From Leucoraja ocellata (taxonomy: Eukaryota): a stretch of 64,000 nt of DNA. The stretch covers positions 558,001 to 622,000 of the forward strand of contig JAWMAR010000242.1 in assembly GCA_036785375.1 (NCBI GenBank). The letters are read 5' to 3'. A program made the translations under genes and the position numbers. Numbering within the stretch: position 1 is the stretch's first letter; every line of letters begins with the position of its first letter. The notes under the pieces are model-generated. The model was not told where the DNA came from and searched no databases. It saw only the letters and a program-made list of their open reading frames with translations. Shown here one piece after another: positions 49,307 to 61,342 of this stretch.

Positions 49307-49315
49307 GTCAAGTGA
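49307..49315 (+). CDS. IGHM: IgM TM2 exon (VK*)
   Basis: Polypyrimidine tract + TTACAG, then GTC AAG TGA, giving the KVK cytoplasmic tail. Confidence 0.9.
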   Translation, partial: VK

Positions 49316-50157
49316 CGATTGAATGTTGAAAACCGCGTATTTATCTGACCGGTCTATGGAGGTCGTTGTAACCAAGGGAAATGTTCAAATCAGAAGCGGA
49401 CAATGTCATAAACAATAGTTCATTCTGTCTATCTGACTTGTTTGATATTGCCTAGTTGCCTTTCGTATAGCGTTAATGTATCAAAATATTTTAATCGTAA
49501 TTTGAATATCATGTGAAAATAAGTCAATTTTCTCAAACGGTAGACGTTTCTTTTCTTCTTTTTATCTTTTTTTCTATACATTCTCTTTTTCTTTAGCATG
49601 GGCCATATTTGTGTCCTTCCGGTGTTGAATGCCGTTGTATAGAAAGTCGGGAACGCTGTTTGTGTGAGATCGTAATCTTCATGTTAAATTCAGACACACT
49701 CTCTATGCCTGTCATTATTCTAACAACTTCTACCGTGTCCCACTTCAACCTCCGATGCGCCAAAGAAAACAATCCATGTTTGCCTCTTCTAGCTAATAAT
49801 TCTAACCCGGGCTGCAGCAGTCTAGTAAACCTCTTCTGCATCTTCTCCAAAGCCTCCACATTATCCCCTTGATGGGACGACCTGACCTCCAAGTGCGGCC
49901 TAACCGAAGGCCTGTAAATAAATGTCATGTAAATGCACGTGTAAATACATACCCAACAATCCAACGCGTGTGCACATATGAGCAAATATCTATTTACTCC
50001 TTTTCTGCTCAATTGTCCTTTCCTTAATTCAGAGCTAACCTTTGACTCTCGAGCCACATGTTCAATGTACCTGGTCTCAGTGTGGAATTCAGTTGTGTTG
50101 ACCACTTCGTGTTATGCTTTTAAAAAGGTCTCTGTAATGTGTTTTTATTAAATCACA

Positions 50158-50163
50158 AATAAA
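50158..50163 (+). terminator. Candidate poly(A) signal of the membrane mu transcript (alternative at 49917)
   Basis: AATAAA downstream of TM2. Confidence 0.45.
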
Positions 50164-50304
50164 AGCGAAACTACAAAAGCCTAACCTGGTTTGCTATATT
50201 CGTTTCTCGAAGGAACCAGCACCTTACGATAAATGCGCACTCGTATTTCTTCGCGTTCCACCATTTCCCTCAATATATTTTCTCTCAGATCGTCACTGGC
50301 GAGT

Positions 50305-51895
50305 AGTAATAATAAAAATAATTAATTTTATTTATGGGCGCCTTTCAAGAGTCTCAAGGACATCTTACAAAAATTTAGCAAGTAGAGGAGAAACATGTAA
50401 GCGTAATGAAGTAAATAGTAGAGACATGACTAGTACACAAATTAAAGACAGAATTCAATTCAAAACACAATATGAGGCAATTCAAGCACAGATGAAAAGG
50501 GAGGGGAACGTGGGGCTAAGGATAGGCAGAGGTGAAGAGATGGGTCTTGAGGGGGACTGGAAGTTGGTGAGGGACACGGAATTGCAGATCAGTTGGGGGA
50601 GGGAGAAGGCTGAGTACGGAGCCTTGCGGAACGCCTTCAGTGACTGTGGCTGTAGCAGAGGTGTGGTTATGGAGAGAGATGAAGTGGGATCTGTTGGAAA
50701 GGTAGGAACGGAGCCAGCTGAGTGCAGAACCTTCAATGCCGAGGTCTTTGAGTCTGGTGAGCAGGATGTTATGGTTCACTGTATCGAAGGCTGTGCTCAG
50801 GTCGAGGAGGATGAGGATGTTGAGGGAACCAGTGTCAGCAGAGGTGAGGAGGTCGTTGAGGACTTTGAGGAGCGCAGTTTCTGTGCTATGGAGGGAGCGA
50901 AAGCCAGATTGGAGGGGTTCAAATAGGTTACACGCAAGGAGGTGGGAATGAAGTTGTGACGCAACGATATGCTCCAGGGTTTTTGAAAGAAAGGGGAGGT
51001 TTGAGATTGGGCGGTAGTTAATGAGAGAGGAGGGATCAAGACCAGGTTTCTTTAAGATTGGTGTGATAGCAGCAGTTTTGAAAGCGGAGGGGACAATTCC
51101 TTGGGACAATGAGGAGTTGAAGAGATTAGTGAGGTAGGGGCAGAGAACGGGGAGGCAGGACTTCAGCAGGGGAGTGGGGAGAGGGTCGAGGGAGCAGGTA
51201 GTGGGTTTGGAAGAGCTGATGAGTTTGGAGATTTCATTAGGGGTGACCAGGTCAAACTGGGAGAGGAAGCAGTGTGGAGGAGGGGTAAGGAGGTCAGTGG
51301 AGATGTTGAAAGGAGGGGCCTTGGTAGGTGGTGGAGTAGATGCTGGGGAGTCGGGTACAAGGGATAAAGATTGATAGATGGTGCTGATTTTATCAGTGAA
51401 AAAGTGGAGGAATGAGTTTCAGAGATCCGGAGTAGAGGTAGGGAGAGTGTTGGTTCGAGGCTTGAGGAGGTTGCCTACTGTGGAGAAGAGGGTTCTGTGG
51501 TTTAGGCAGGGGTCAGTGAATATGGAGGAGAGGTAGGCAGATTTTGCAGCAATGAGGGCATCTTTGTAGGCAGTGAGGTGGAGTTTGTAAGCTTCATGGT
51601 GGACTGTGAGAGATGATTTCTTAGTGAGTCGTTCAAGTCGGCGACGAGTCTGTTTCAGCTTACGAAGTGCAGGTGTGTACCAGGGTGAAGATGTGTTAAA
51701 AGTTACGGTTCTTGTTTTGAGGGGGGCCAGAATGTTTAGGGAGGTAGACAAGGTGGAGTTGAGATGGTTTGTGAGAACATCAGATGAGATATGGGTTGAG
51801 TCCAGGGGGAGAGTGGTGGAGAGCAGGTCAGAGAGATGGTGGGGATCGATGGATTTTAGATTACGGAAGGTGATTTCTCGGAGGAAGCGGGGGCG
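50305..51895 (-). mobile_element. L2 LINE fragment (internally deleted RT) with L2 3' tail
   Basis: NYRPISNLPFLSK, QSGFR..HSTETAL, LDLS.AFDT and GVPQGSVL motifs. Confidence 0.9.
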
Positions 51896-51974
51896 AGGTG
51901 TCGGTGAAGGGACGGGAGTGACTTCGATTATGCGACCATTGCGCGCTCGGGTATCCGATGACGTTAAGGTCATG

Positions 51975-52881
51975 TATAGGGAGGTTTCACGGCAGTCGGG
52001 TCACGACCCATGACCCGTACTGTTGCTACACTACTCAAACTGGAGTACAAGCGATGAACTGCATATAGGCACTAACCATTGTTTCCAGCGTAGCGGGCCT
52101 GTTAAAACCCACCGAAATTGTCCATTTTTGCGCTGTTAATAATTACAGAAATCGGGATAAGCTGAGAGACATTTAGCCTACTTCAGAATTCCAAACGGGA
52201 GTAGAAATGACGGTAAATAGAAGCGAGAGCTGAAGGGACAACAACAGCCAGAGTGCTTAGCGGACATTGGCCGTTTGCTCACTGCATTTCACCAACTAAG
52301 GCATTATTTGTGTTTTTTCTTGATTCCTTTGGCATCTAAAAAGTTTCAGAAGTGATAAATCAGGCTGTAAAATTTTATAATCTCCCATGGTTCTCATGTG
52401 GGTTTTTACCTACAAAATGAAAACGCATCTGAAGCAAAATTTACAGCTAGATTTATCACTTCTGAGACTTTTTAGATACCAAAGGAATCAAGAAAAAACA
52501 CAAATAATGCCTTACTGTTGATGAAATGCAGTGAGCAAATGCGAGGATTCCCAATATTTTCAATTCCGATATCTGCACGGCCAATGTTCGCCAAGCACTT
52601 TAGCTGCTATTGTCCCTTGAGCTCTCACTTCTCTTTACCTTCATTTCGCTTCACGTTTGGAATTCTGAAGTTGGGTACATGTCTCTCACGCTTACCCCGA
52701 CTTACACAATTTTTTAGAGCGCAATAATTCAATATTTTGGCGGTTTTTAACAGGTAGGAAAGTACGCGTTTCTTGCATTCATAAAATATACCGGAAGTTA
52801 CGGATATCCTCCAGATGAATTGAGCGGCCCCGTGCGTCAAGCCCTATGACCCAGTGACCTTACGTCCACACCCCCCTTATA
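51975..52881. mobile_element. Non-autonomous DNA transposon / foldback with long imperfect inverted arms
   Basis: 52098-52375 is an approximate reverse complement of 52437-52755. Confidence 0.75.
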
Positions 52882-52994
52882 TTTGAATGCATTTTATGCC
52901 AAAGTTCTAGGAGAAGAGCGACCATGTAGGCGCTTTTCACAAACGCCCCTTATACAGTAGCTATCTTCTACAAATAGGTCGTTGTGGTGAACTG

Positions 52995-53330
52995 TTTGCT
53001 CCCCGGGACCAAATAGAGTCCTTACCGGGTACATAAAAGTGCACCTGATGTGCTTAGATTCCCACGGAGGCTCCGGCCAATAGTTTGGTAGAAGCTGGTC
53101 ATACCAAGGGTTTGGCGTAGAGCAGGGGGAATGTTCATTCCCAAGAAGAAAGAGTCTCCAGAGTTAAATCAGTTTAGGCTATTTGTCTCCTAAACGTAGA
53201 AGGCAAGATTTTCTTTAGCATAGTGGCACAGAGGCTAGCAAGTTATTTAGAAAGGAACAGGTTAATTGATACCACAGTGCAGAAAGTAGATATACCAGGG
53301 TTCGCAGGTTACTTAGAACACATTAGTAAA
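52995..53330 (+). mobile_element. Decayed HERO-like (R2-group) non-LTR RT fragment
   Basis: Frameshifted translation gives PYRV.K.APDVLRF…VW.K.VIP..WRRAGG..IPK…LLNVEGKIFFSIVAQRL..YL…IDT.VQK..IPGF.G.LEH. Confidence 0.65.
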
Positions 53331-53334
53331 ATAT

Positions 53335-56280
53335 AGAAACATAGAAAATAGGTGCAGGAGGAAGCTGTTCGGTACACATTCAATATGATCATCCAAAATC
53401 ATTACCCATTTCCTGCTTTCTCCCCATATCCCTTGATTCCGTTAGTCCCAAGCAGTATATATAGCTCTCTTGGAAACATCCAGTGAATTGGCCTCCACTG
53501 CCTTCTGAGACAGAGAATTCCACAAATTCACAACTCTCTTGCTAAAAAAAAGTTTTTCCTCATCTCAACACTAAATGACCTAGCCCTTATTCTTAAACCG
53601 TGCCCCATATGTCTGAACTCCCCCAACATCAGGAACATTCTTCCCGCATCCAGCCTGTCCAAACCCTTAAGAATTGTATATGTTTCTATAAGATCTCCTC
53701 TCATCCTTCTTAATCCCTTCATTTAAGCCCAGTCGATCCATTCTTTCATCATATGTCGGTCCAGACATCCCGGGAATTAACCCTGTGAACCTACGCTGTA
53801 CTCATTCAATGACAAGAATGTCCTTCCGCAAATTAGGGTCCAAAACTGCACATGATGCTCAGGTGTGTTCTCACCAGTGCCCTGTACAACTGCAGTTGGA
53901 CCTCCTTGCTCCTATACTCAAATCCTCTCGCTATGAAGGACAACTTGCCAGTTGCTTTCTTCATTGCCTGCCTAACCTGTATGCTTACTTTCAGTGACAA
54001 TTGTACAAGGACACACAAGTCTCGTTGCACCTCCCCTTTTCCTAATCTGACACCATTCAGATAATAATCTGCCTTCTTGTCCTTGCCACCAAATTGGATG
54101 ACCTCACATTTATCCACATTATACTGCATCTGCTGTGCATTTGCCCACTCACCCAACCTATCTAACTCACCCTGTAGCCTTAAATAATCCTCCTCACAGC
54201 TCACACTACCACCCAGTTCGGTGACATCCGCAAACTTGGAGATGCGAAATTTAATTATTTTGTCTAAATCGTTAATCTATATTGAAAATCCTAGCATTGA
54301 ACCATGTGGGCACCCCACCCGTCACGGCCTGACATTCTACAACGGGCCCGTTAATTCCTACTCTTTGCTTCCTGTCTGCCAACCAGTTCTCTTTTCAAAG
54401 GCCTTTTGAAAATCCAGATGCACCACATCCACAGGCTCTCCCTTATCCATTTTCCCTCTTACATACTCAAAACATTCTAGAAAATGAGTCAAGCATAATT
54501 TTCCCTTCATAAATCCATGCTGACTCAGCCCGATCCTGTCACTGCTTTCCAAATGTGCTGCTATTATATTTTTAATAATCGACTCAAGCATCTTCCCTAC
54601 TACCGATGTCAGGCTAACGTCTATAATTCCGTTTTCTCTATCCCTTCTTTCTTAAAAAATGGGGTTACATTAGCTACCCTCCAGTTCACAGGAACTAATT
54701 GAATGTCTATAGAACATTGGAAAATGATCACCAATACATCCGCAATTTCAAGGGTCACCTCCTTGTGTTGTTTCGGATGCAGACCATCAGGCCCTGGGGA
54801 TTTACATGTCTTCTGTCCCAACAGTTTACCTAACAACATTTCCTGAATCATGTGGATTCCCTTCACTTCCTCCCTCCCACTAGATCCTCGGTCCCCTTGT
54901 ATTTCTGGGAGACTGTTTGTGTCTTCCTTAGTGAAGACAGAACAAAAGTATTTGTTTAACTGATCTGCCAATTTCTTGTTTACCATTATAAATTAACCTG
55001 TTTCTGACTGTAAGGGGCCTATATTTGTCTTCACTAATATTATCCCCGCAAGTTTCCTTTCATGCTCTATTTACCCCCCCCTTAATTAATCCCTTTATCA
55101 TATAACCATATAACAATTACAGCACGGAAACAGGCCATCTCGACCCTTCTAGTCCGTGCCGAACACATATTCTCCCCTAGTCCCATATACCTGCGCTCAG
55201 ACCATAACCCTCCATTCCTTTCTCGTCCATATAACTATCCAATTTATTTTTAAATGATAAAAACAAACCTGCCTCCACCACCTTCACTGGAAGCTCATTC
55301 CACACAGCCACCACTCTCTGAGTAAAGAAGTTCCCCCTCATGTTAACCCTAAACTTCTGTCCCTTAATTCTCAAGTCATGTCCCCTTGTTTGCATCTTCC
55401 CTCCTCTCAGTGGGAAAAGCTTATCCACGTCAACTCTGTCTATCCCTCTCATCATTTTAAAGACCTCTATCAAATCCCTCCTTAACCTTCTGCGCTCCAA
55501 AGAATAAAGCCCTAACTTGTTCAACCTTTCTCTGTAACTTAGTTGCTGAAACCCAGGCAACATTCTAGTAAATCTCCTCTGTACTCTCTCTATTTTGTTG
55601 ACATCCTTCCTATAATTAGGCGACCAAAATTGTACCCCATACTCCAGAATTGGCCTCACCAATGCCTTATCCTCCTCTGTTAAATTTTAATTTTCTCCCA
55701 GTCCACCGGTTTGCTGCTTTGTCTGGACAATTTATATGCCTGGATTTAACATTCCCAAATTTCCATCATTTGCCACGGTTGAGCCGCCTTCCCTGTTTTA
55801 TTTTTACACCAGACAGGGGTGAACAATTGGTGCAAATCATCCATAGGATCTTTGAATGTTTGCCATTGCATATCAATCGTTAAGCCTTTAAGTACATTTG
55901 CCAGTTTATCCCAGCCAATTCCCACATCATACCGTCAAAACCTGATTCAGTTTGATCACAGTTATGAATAGCTATGGCACTAGATTCAGACTGCCAAGCT
56001 TGAGAGAAGAGGTTTGCATGGCCTTTATAACAAGAAGAGTTGAGTATAGGAGCAAAGTAGTCCTTCTGCAGTTGTACAGGGCCCTAGTGAGACCACACCT
56101 GGAGTATTGTGCACAGTTTTGGTCCCCCAATTTGAGGAAGGACATTCTTGCTATTGAGGGAATGCAGCGTAGGTTTACAAGGTTAATTCCCGGGATGGCG
56201 GGACTGTCATATGCTGAGAGAATGGAGCGGCTGGGCTTGTATACTCTGGAATTTAGACGGATGAGAGGGGATCTTAATGA
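53335..56280. mobile_element. Nested CR1 fragments (mostly - strand)
   Basis: ORFs 53833..54204, 54358..54591, 54621..54986, 55177..55662 and 55952..56308. Confidence 0.85.
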
Positions 56281-56294
56281 TACACATAGTTTCC

Positions 56295-56995
56295 TTGTAA
56301 GTAAGTAAGTAAATTTTATTTATATAGCACGTTTAAATCAACTCGCGTTGAAACTAAAGTGCTTTACACAAAAGAAACAATAAAGTTTCCGTACATCTAT
56401 AGAAAAATTAAAAAAGAGAAAAATGACACAACACATTATAGAATTCAACAAGAACGTCCCCCCCCATAACAGAATCAAAAATGTCCACTGTGGAAAGGCA
56501 CCAGAAAGTTAAGTCTTCCTCTGTGAATCACTCGAGGTCGGGGCCTATTTGTGGCCTCCGCAGCCAGTCCGATGTTTTCAGGCCCTGTTGCCGGGAAGCT
56601 GGAACTCCGGCGTCAGGTGAACACTCCTCAGCGTCTTGGAAATGTCAGGAGCGGCCACTTCCTCCCTGGAGACCGCGGCTCCCGAAGTTCTCAGGCCGCG
56701 CTGGCGGGAGCTTCGACTCTGGCGATCTCGGATCCCAGGCGCCACGGTACTCCAAATCCAGCACCGCCCGTGGCTGGACGCCCGCAGCCACAGCTCCTCG
56801 GATGTTAGTTGGCGGTGACTGCACTCCGGAGCTTACCGCGCGGCGACCCGGGTAGGGCATCACCCGCTCCGTGTTGGTGTCCCAGCGCTGTGCCACCGTC
56901 GAAGCTGCAGTCCCAGCCGGTACCGACGGGAAACGCAGCTCCAGCCCGAGGTAGGCCGCGAGGAAGGGGCAAAGAAACAGCTCGGAGGGAAACTG
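56295..56995 (-). mobile_element. GC-rich non-autonomous retroelement with L2-type tail
   Basis: Reverse strand ends TGTAAAGCACTTTAG…CGTGCTATATAAATAAA + (TTAC)n. Confidence 0.6.
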
Positions 56996-56997
56996 CT

Positions 56998-58400
56998 TAA
57001 GAAGGAACTGCAGATGCTGGAAAATCAAAGGTACACAAAAATGCTGGAGAAACTCAGCGGGTGCAGCAGCATCTATGGAGCGAAGGAAATAGGCAACGTT
57101 TCGGGCCGAATCCCTTCTTCAGACTGATAGGGGGTGGGGGGAGGCGGTGAGAAGAAAGGAAAAAGGAGGAGGAGCCCGAAGGCGGAGGTAGGAAGGGGAG
57201 GAGACACAGGGCTCTCGCTTAACTTTTTTTCCCTGTTGCCAGCCGGGCAACCTCGGCAGCTCTTTAGGTTGCCAAATGACATTTTAGGTAGTCATTTAAG
57301 ATGGCTTGCATGAAGCGTGCTCGGACGAAGTGCGCAGTTACCAGTCGGAATTATGCATTCACATATTATTTCTGCTTCAAATAAAGTCACAAACTAACAT
57401 ATTCACCAATCAAGACATGATATGCAGCAAAATTATAATAGGGTATCTCAACTCTTTTTACACATTGCAATTAATGCAATTGTTATTATTTCTTTCCACT
57501 TCCAAACAAAAATGTTGTTGGATTATTCACCGTATGATCAACCTGTGTCAATAAATCCTGGACCTTGATAACATATATGCTTAACCATGCACACTACAAG
57601 CATGTTTTCTGTGAAGGACCGAACATTATCATGACATGGCCATAGCATGGGTCGTTATTGCTGTTGGTACAGAAGCATCTTTCCCACAACCAGCGGCGAC
57701 ACAAAACGTCACGTTCCTTTTCTCCAGAGATGCTACTGGATGCGCAGAGTTACTCCTGTTTTTGTGTGTCTATCTTCGGTATAAACCAAGTTGCCAAGCC
57801 GGGCAAAATGACTCGCCGTTTAGGTTGCTCGGCGGCAGTTTGAGTGGTCATTGGCACCCGGGCAACTGTGAATTTCGAGCCCTGAGATAGCAAGGGTTAA
57901 CAGAATTGTGAGAATTCAATGTTCATGCCCCCAGGATGCAGACTCCCCAAGCGGAATATGCGGTGCTGTTCCTCCAATTTCCGGTGTTGCTCGTTCTGGC
58001 CGTGGAGGAGGCCCAGGACAGAGAGGTCGGATTGGGAATGGGAAGGGGAGTTGAAGTGCTTGAGCTACCGGGAGGTCAGGTAGGTTCTTGCGCACCGAGC
58101 GGAGGTGTTCGGCGAAACGATCGCCAAGCCTACGCTTGGTCTCACCGATATAGATCAGCTGACATAATAGATGAGGTTGGAGGAAGTGCAGGTGAACCTC
58201 TGTCGCACCTGGAACGACTGCTTGGGTCCTTGAATGGAGTCGAGGGGGGAGGTAAAGTGACAGGTGTAGCATCTCTTGCGGTTGCAAGGGAAAGTGCCCG
58301 GGGAAGGGGTGGAGCGGGAGGAAGGGAAGAATTGACAAGGGAGTTGCGCTGTTCCTTCTTAAACAGTTGAGGTTCACCTGCACCTCCTCCAACCTCATCT
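56998..58400 (-). mobile_element. Penelope-like element 3' part (GIY-YIG + pLTR) split by a DNA transposon
   Basis: IYIGETKRRLGDRFAEHLRSVR; CTGAAGAAGGGATTCGGCCCGAAACGTT on the - strand at ~57095-57122. Confidence 0.85.
57207..57884. mobile_element. Non-autonomous DNA transposon with CAGGGCTC termini (hAT-like)
   Basis: CAGGGCTC…GAGCCCTG ends, subterminal GTTGCC/GGCAAC motifs; the host element resumes after it. Confidence 0.65.
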
Positions 58401-59334
58401 AACCAATCCTCTGGCTTCCGGCTACTCTTTGCTCTGTTATACATCTTTTCTTTTAGTTTTATTCTATCCCTAACTTCTCTTTATATTCCTGGCCATCTTC
58501 CTCCAATCGCATCTGAATCAATTTCCATCTGATTACACTCCTTGAGGATGTTCATCTACGTGTTCAATTAATAAAACAACAAGATTTATTCAACCTGTTC
58601 AAGGAATTTGGGGTGGGGGTGTGGGGTTTAGAAATAGTCAGTGAGGTAAACGAACATAATAGTTGAGTGGCAAATGACAATAGTGCTACCTTCCCAATAT
58701 TTAACTGAAGGAAATAATGGGTTATCGGGGCTGTATGTTATGGCAGACAGTCTGACAACTTGCATGTCATTTTAATATTACACTTATCCCATCCCCCTGG
58801 ATATTCCGGATTAATAAATTAAGGTTTTGTCAACTAATTACAAATCAGGCTAATTACAAATCAATAACATTAGCCAACTCCGAAACACAAAGCGCTGAGG
58901 ATTGGGGTTAAGGCATCACGGACAACTGGCCTCAGTTCCCCGCTCACATCTGGTAGTGCTCTCCGTCTGAGGTTTCAGGGGCCGTGGAGTGTTTTTGTAA
59001 GTAGGGGGGCTGAGTCACTGTCCTTGGGAGGGAGTGGAACAACCGAGTGGCGGGAGGGTGTGGGAGGGGGGGTAGGGACTTTTTAAAATTTGTTGTATTA
59101 AAATCATCTTTTAGTGCATTGTAGAAGTATGATTTAAATGTTTTTTTGTTTGAAGTATTTTTAAGAGGTAACATTAAGGGGTAACTTCTTCCACACAAAG
59201 GGTGGTGGGTGTATGGAACAAGCTGCCAGAGGAGGTAGTTAAGGCAGGTACTATCCCAAAATTTAAGAAAGTTTGACTGATACATGGATAGGACAGGTTT
59301 GGAGGGATATGGACCAAAAGCTGGTAGCACAACT

Positions 59335-60145
59335 TTAGACCCCCTCTAAACCCATCTAACCCCCTCTAAACCCAATCTAAGGATAAAGTGGAAATCTTTT
59401 AGACTGAGATGAGAAAAACATTTTTAACACAGTGGTGAATCTCTGGAATTCTATGCCACAGAATGTAGTTTCTATGTTTCTAACGCCCTCTAATCACCAC
59501 TAAACCCCTCTAACCCCCACTAAACCAGTCAAAACCTCTCTAAACCCATCCAAACCCGTCTAAACCCGCCTAAACCCATCTAAACCCCTCTAACCCCGCT
59601 AAACACCTATAAACCACCCATTAAACCTCTCTAAAACCCTCTAACAACTCTAAACCCCCTATTAAACCTCTCTAAAACCCTCTAAACAACTCAAAACCCC
59701 TCTAAAGCCCACTAAATCCCTTGGATCCCTCTAAACCCCTCCAAACCTCTAAAACCCACTAAACCCCTCGAAAGCTCTCTAAACACATCTAAAGCCCTCC
59801 AAACCCCGTCCAAAGCACTCTAATCCATCGAAACCCCTGCAAACCTCTCTGCCCCCCCTTACCCCTCAAAGCCCCTCTAAACCCCTCCAAACCTCTCTAA
59901 ACTCGTTTAAACCCGTCTAAACCCCTCTAAACCGCACTAAACCCCTCTGATTCCATCTAAACCCCTCCAAACCCCTGTAACCCCTCTAAACACATTTAAA
60001 CCCGTCTAAACACCTCGAAATATCTCTAAACCCCCCTAAGCCCCTCTAAACCCCTTGAAACTCCTCTATGCCCAACGAAACCCCCTCTAAACACTTCGAA
60101 ACCGCTCAAAACCCCCCAAACCCCTCTAATCCCCTCTAATCCCCG
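59335..60145 (+). repeat. Degenerate ~10-bp satellite (TAAACCCCTC)n
   Basis: Visible directly. Confidence 0.9.
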
Positions 60146-60751
60146 CAAATGTCCAGACGGAAGAACAGCTTCGCACAGGAAGAAGCTGCAGATGCTGCTT
60201 TCAACCGAAGATATACACAAAAAGCTGGAGTAACCCAGCGTGACAGACAGCATCTGTGGGCAAAAGGGTCTCGAAATGGAACTGTGCGAGTCGGCACTGA
60301 CCAGCGACCCCCACACATAATCGATGTCCGACACACACTGGGGACAATTTACATTTAAACCTGTATATCTACACGCCTGCGCGTCCTTGGAGTTCGGGAG
60401 GAAATCGAAGATGTCGGAGAAAATGCACGTGGTCTGGGGGAGAACGTGCACACTCCACACAGACAGCAACCTTAGTCGGGATTGAACCCGCGTCTCTGGC
60501 GCTGTCAGGCAGCAACTCTACCGCTGTGCCACCGTGCTGGATAGCTTGAGCTCAGAAACGCAGATCTAACATATGTGGTCACAAAACTCTGGAGTAACAG
60601 CGGGGCAGGCAGCATCTCTGGAGAAAATCCACGCGGTCACGGGGAGAACGTATTAACCGCGCAGCCGGCGGCCGTGGTCGGAATCGAACCCGGGTCTGAA
60701 CCTGTGAGGCAGCAACTCTACCGCTGCGGCACTGTTTACTGTTGCCCTCCC

Positions 60752-61103
60752 CTAATTCCCCATTTAATGATGCGCTCCGCTAATTCCCCATTTAACGTTG
60801 CGCTCCCCTAATTCCCCATTTAACGTTGCGCTCCACTAATTCCCCATTTAACGTTGCGCTCCACTAATTCCCCATTTAACGTTGCGCTCCCCTAATTCCC
60901 CATTTATTGGTGCCCTCCCCTAATTCCCCATTTATTGGTGCCCTCCTCTAATTCCCCATTTATTGGTGCCCTCCCCTAATTCCCCATTTATTGGTGCCCT
61001 CCCCTAATTCCCCATTTATTGGTGCCCTCCCCTAATTCCCCATTTATTGGTGCCCTCCCCTAATTCCCCATTTATTAGTGCCCTCCTCTAATTCCCCATT
61101 TAT
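60752..61103 (+). repeat. 28-bp minisatellite, about 12.5 copies (CTAATTCCCCATTTA…)
   Basis: Period 28 from 60752; two unit variants. Confidence 0.92.
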
Positions 61104-61227
61104 TGAGATTCGCTCTTTTCGCACCTGGCTCGCAGCTTGTGCGCCCGGCTCACAGTTTGCGGACGAGGTTTGCACTCTACGCTCCAGGCTCGCCCCTTTC
61201 GCACCAGACCCGCTGTCGCTGCTGCTG

Positions 61228-61316
61228 CCGCGCCGTCCCAGCCGCCGCCGTCCCAGCCGCCGCCGTCCCAGCCGCCGCCGTCCCAGCCGCCGCCGTCCCA
61301 GCCGCCGCCGCCGCCG
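61228..61316 (+). repeat. 15-bp GC-rich tandem repeat (GCCGCCGTCCCAGCC) x5
   Basis: Visible directly. Confidence 0.9.
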
Positions 61317-61342
61317 CACCCCGCCCCCCCCCCCCCCCCCAC

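Larger units (their letters stand above)
36052..49315 (+). other. IGHM: Complete IgM heavy-chain gene cluster, cartilaginous-fish minilocus type (L-V-D1-D2-J-CH1-CH2-CH3-CH4/Sec-TM1-TM2), germline unrearranged
   Basis: All segments were found by manual translation. GT-AG junctions keep frame throughout, RSSs flank V, D1, D2 and J, and there are four C1-set exons, a mu-type secretory tail and a KVK cytoplasmic tail. Confidence 0.96.
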
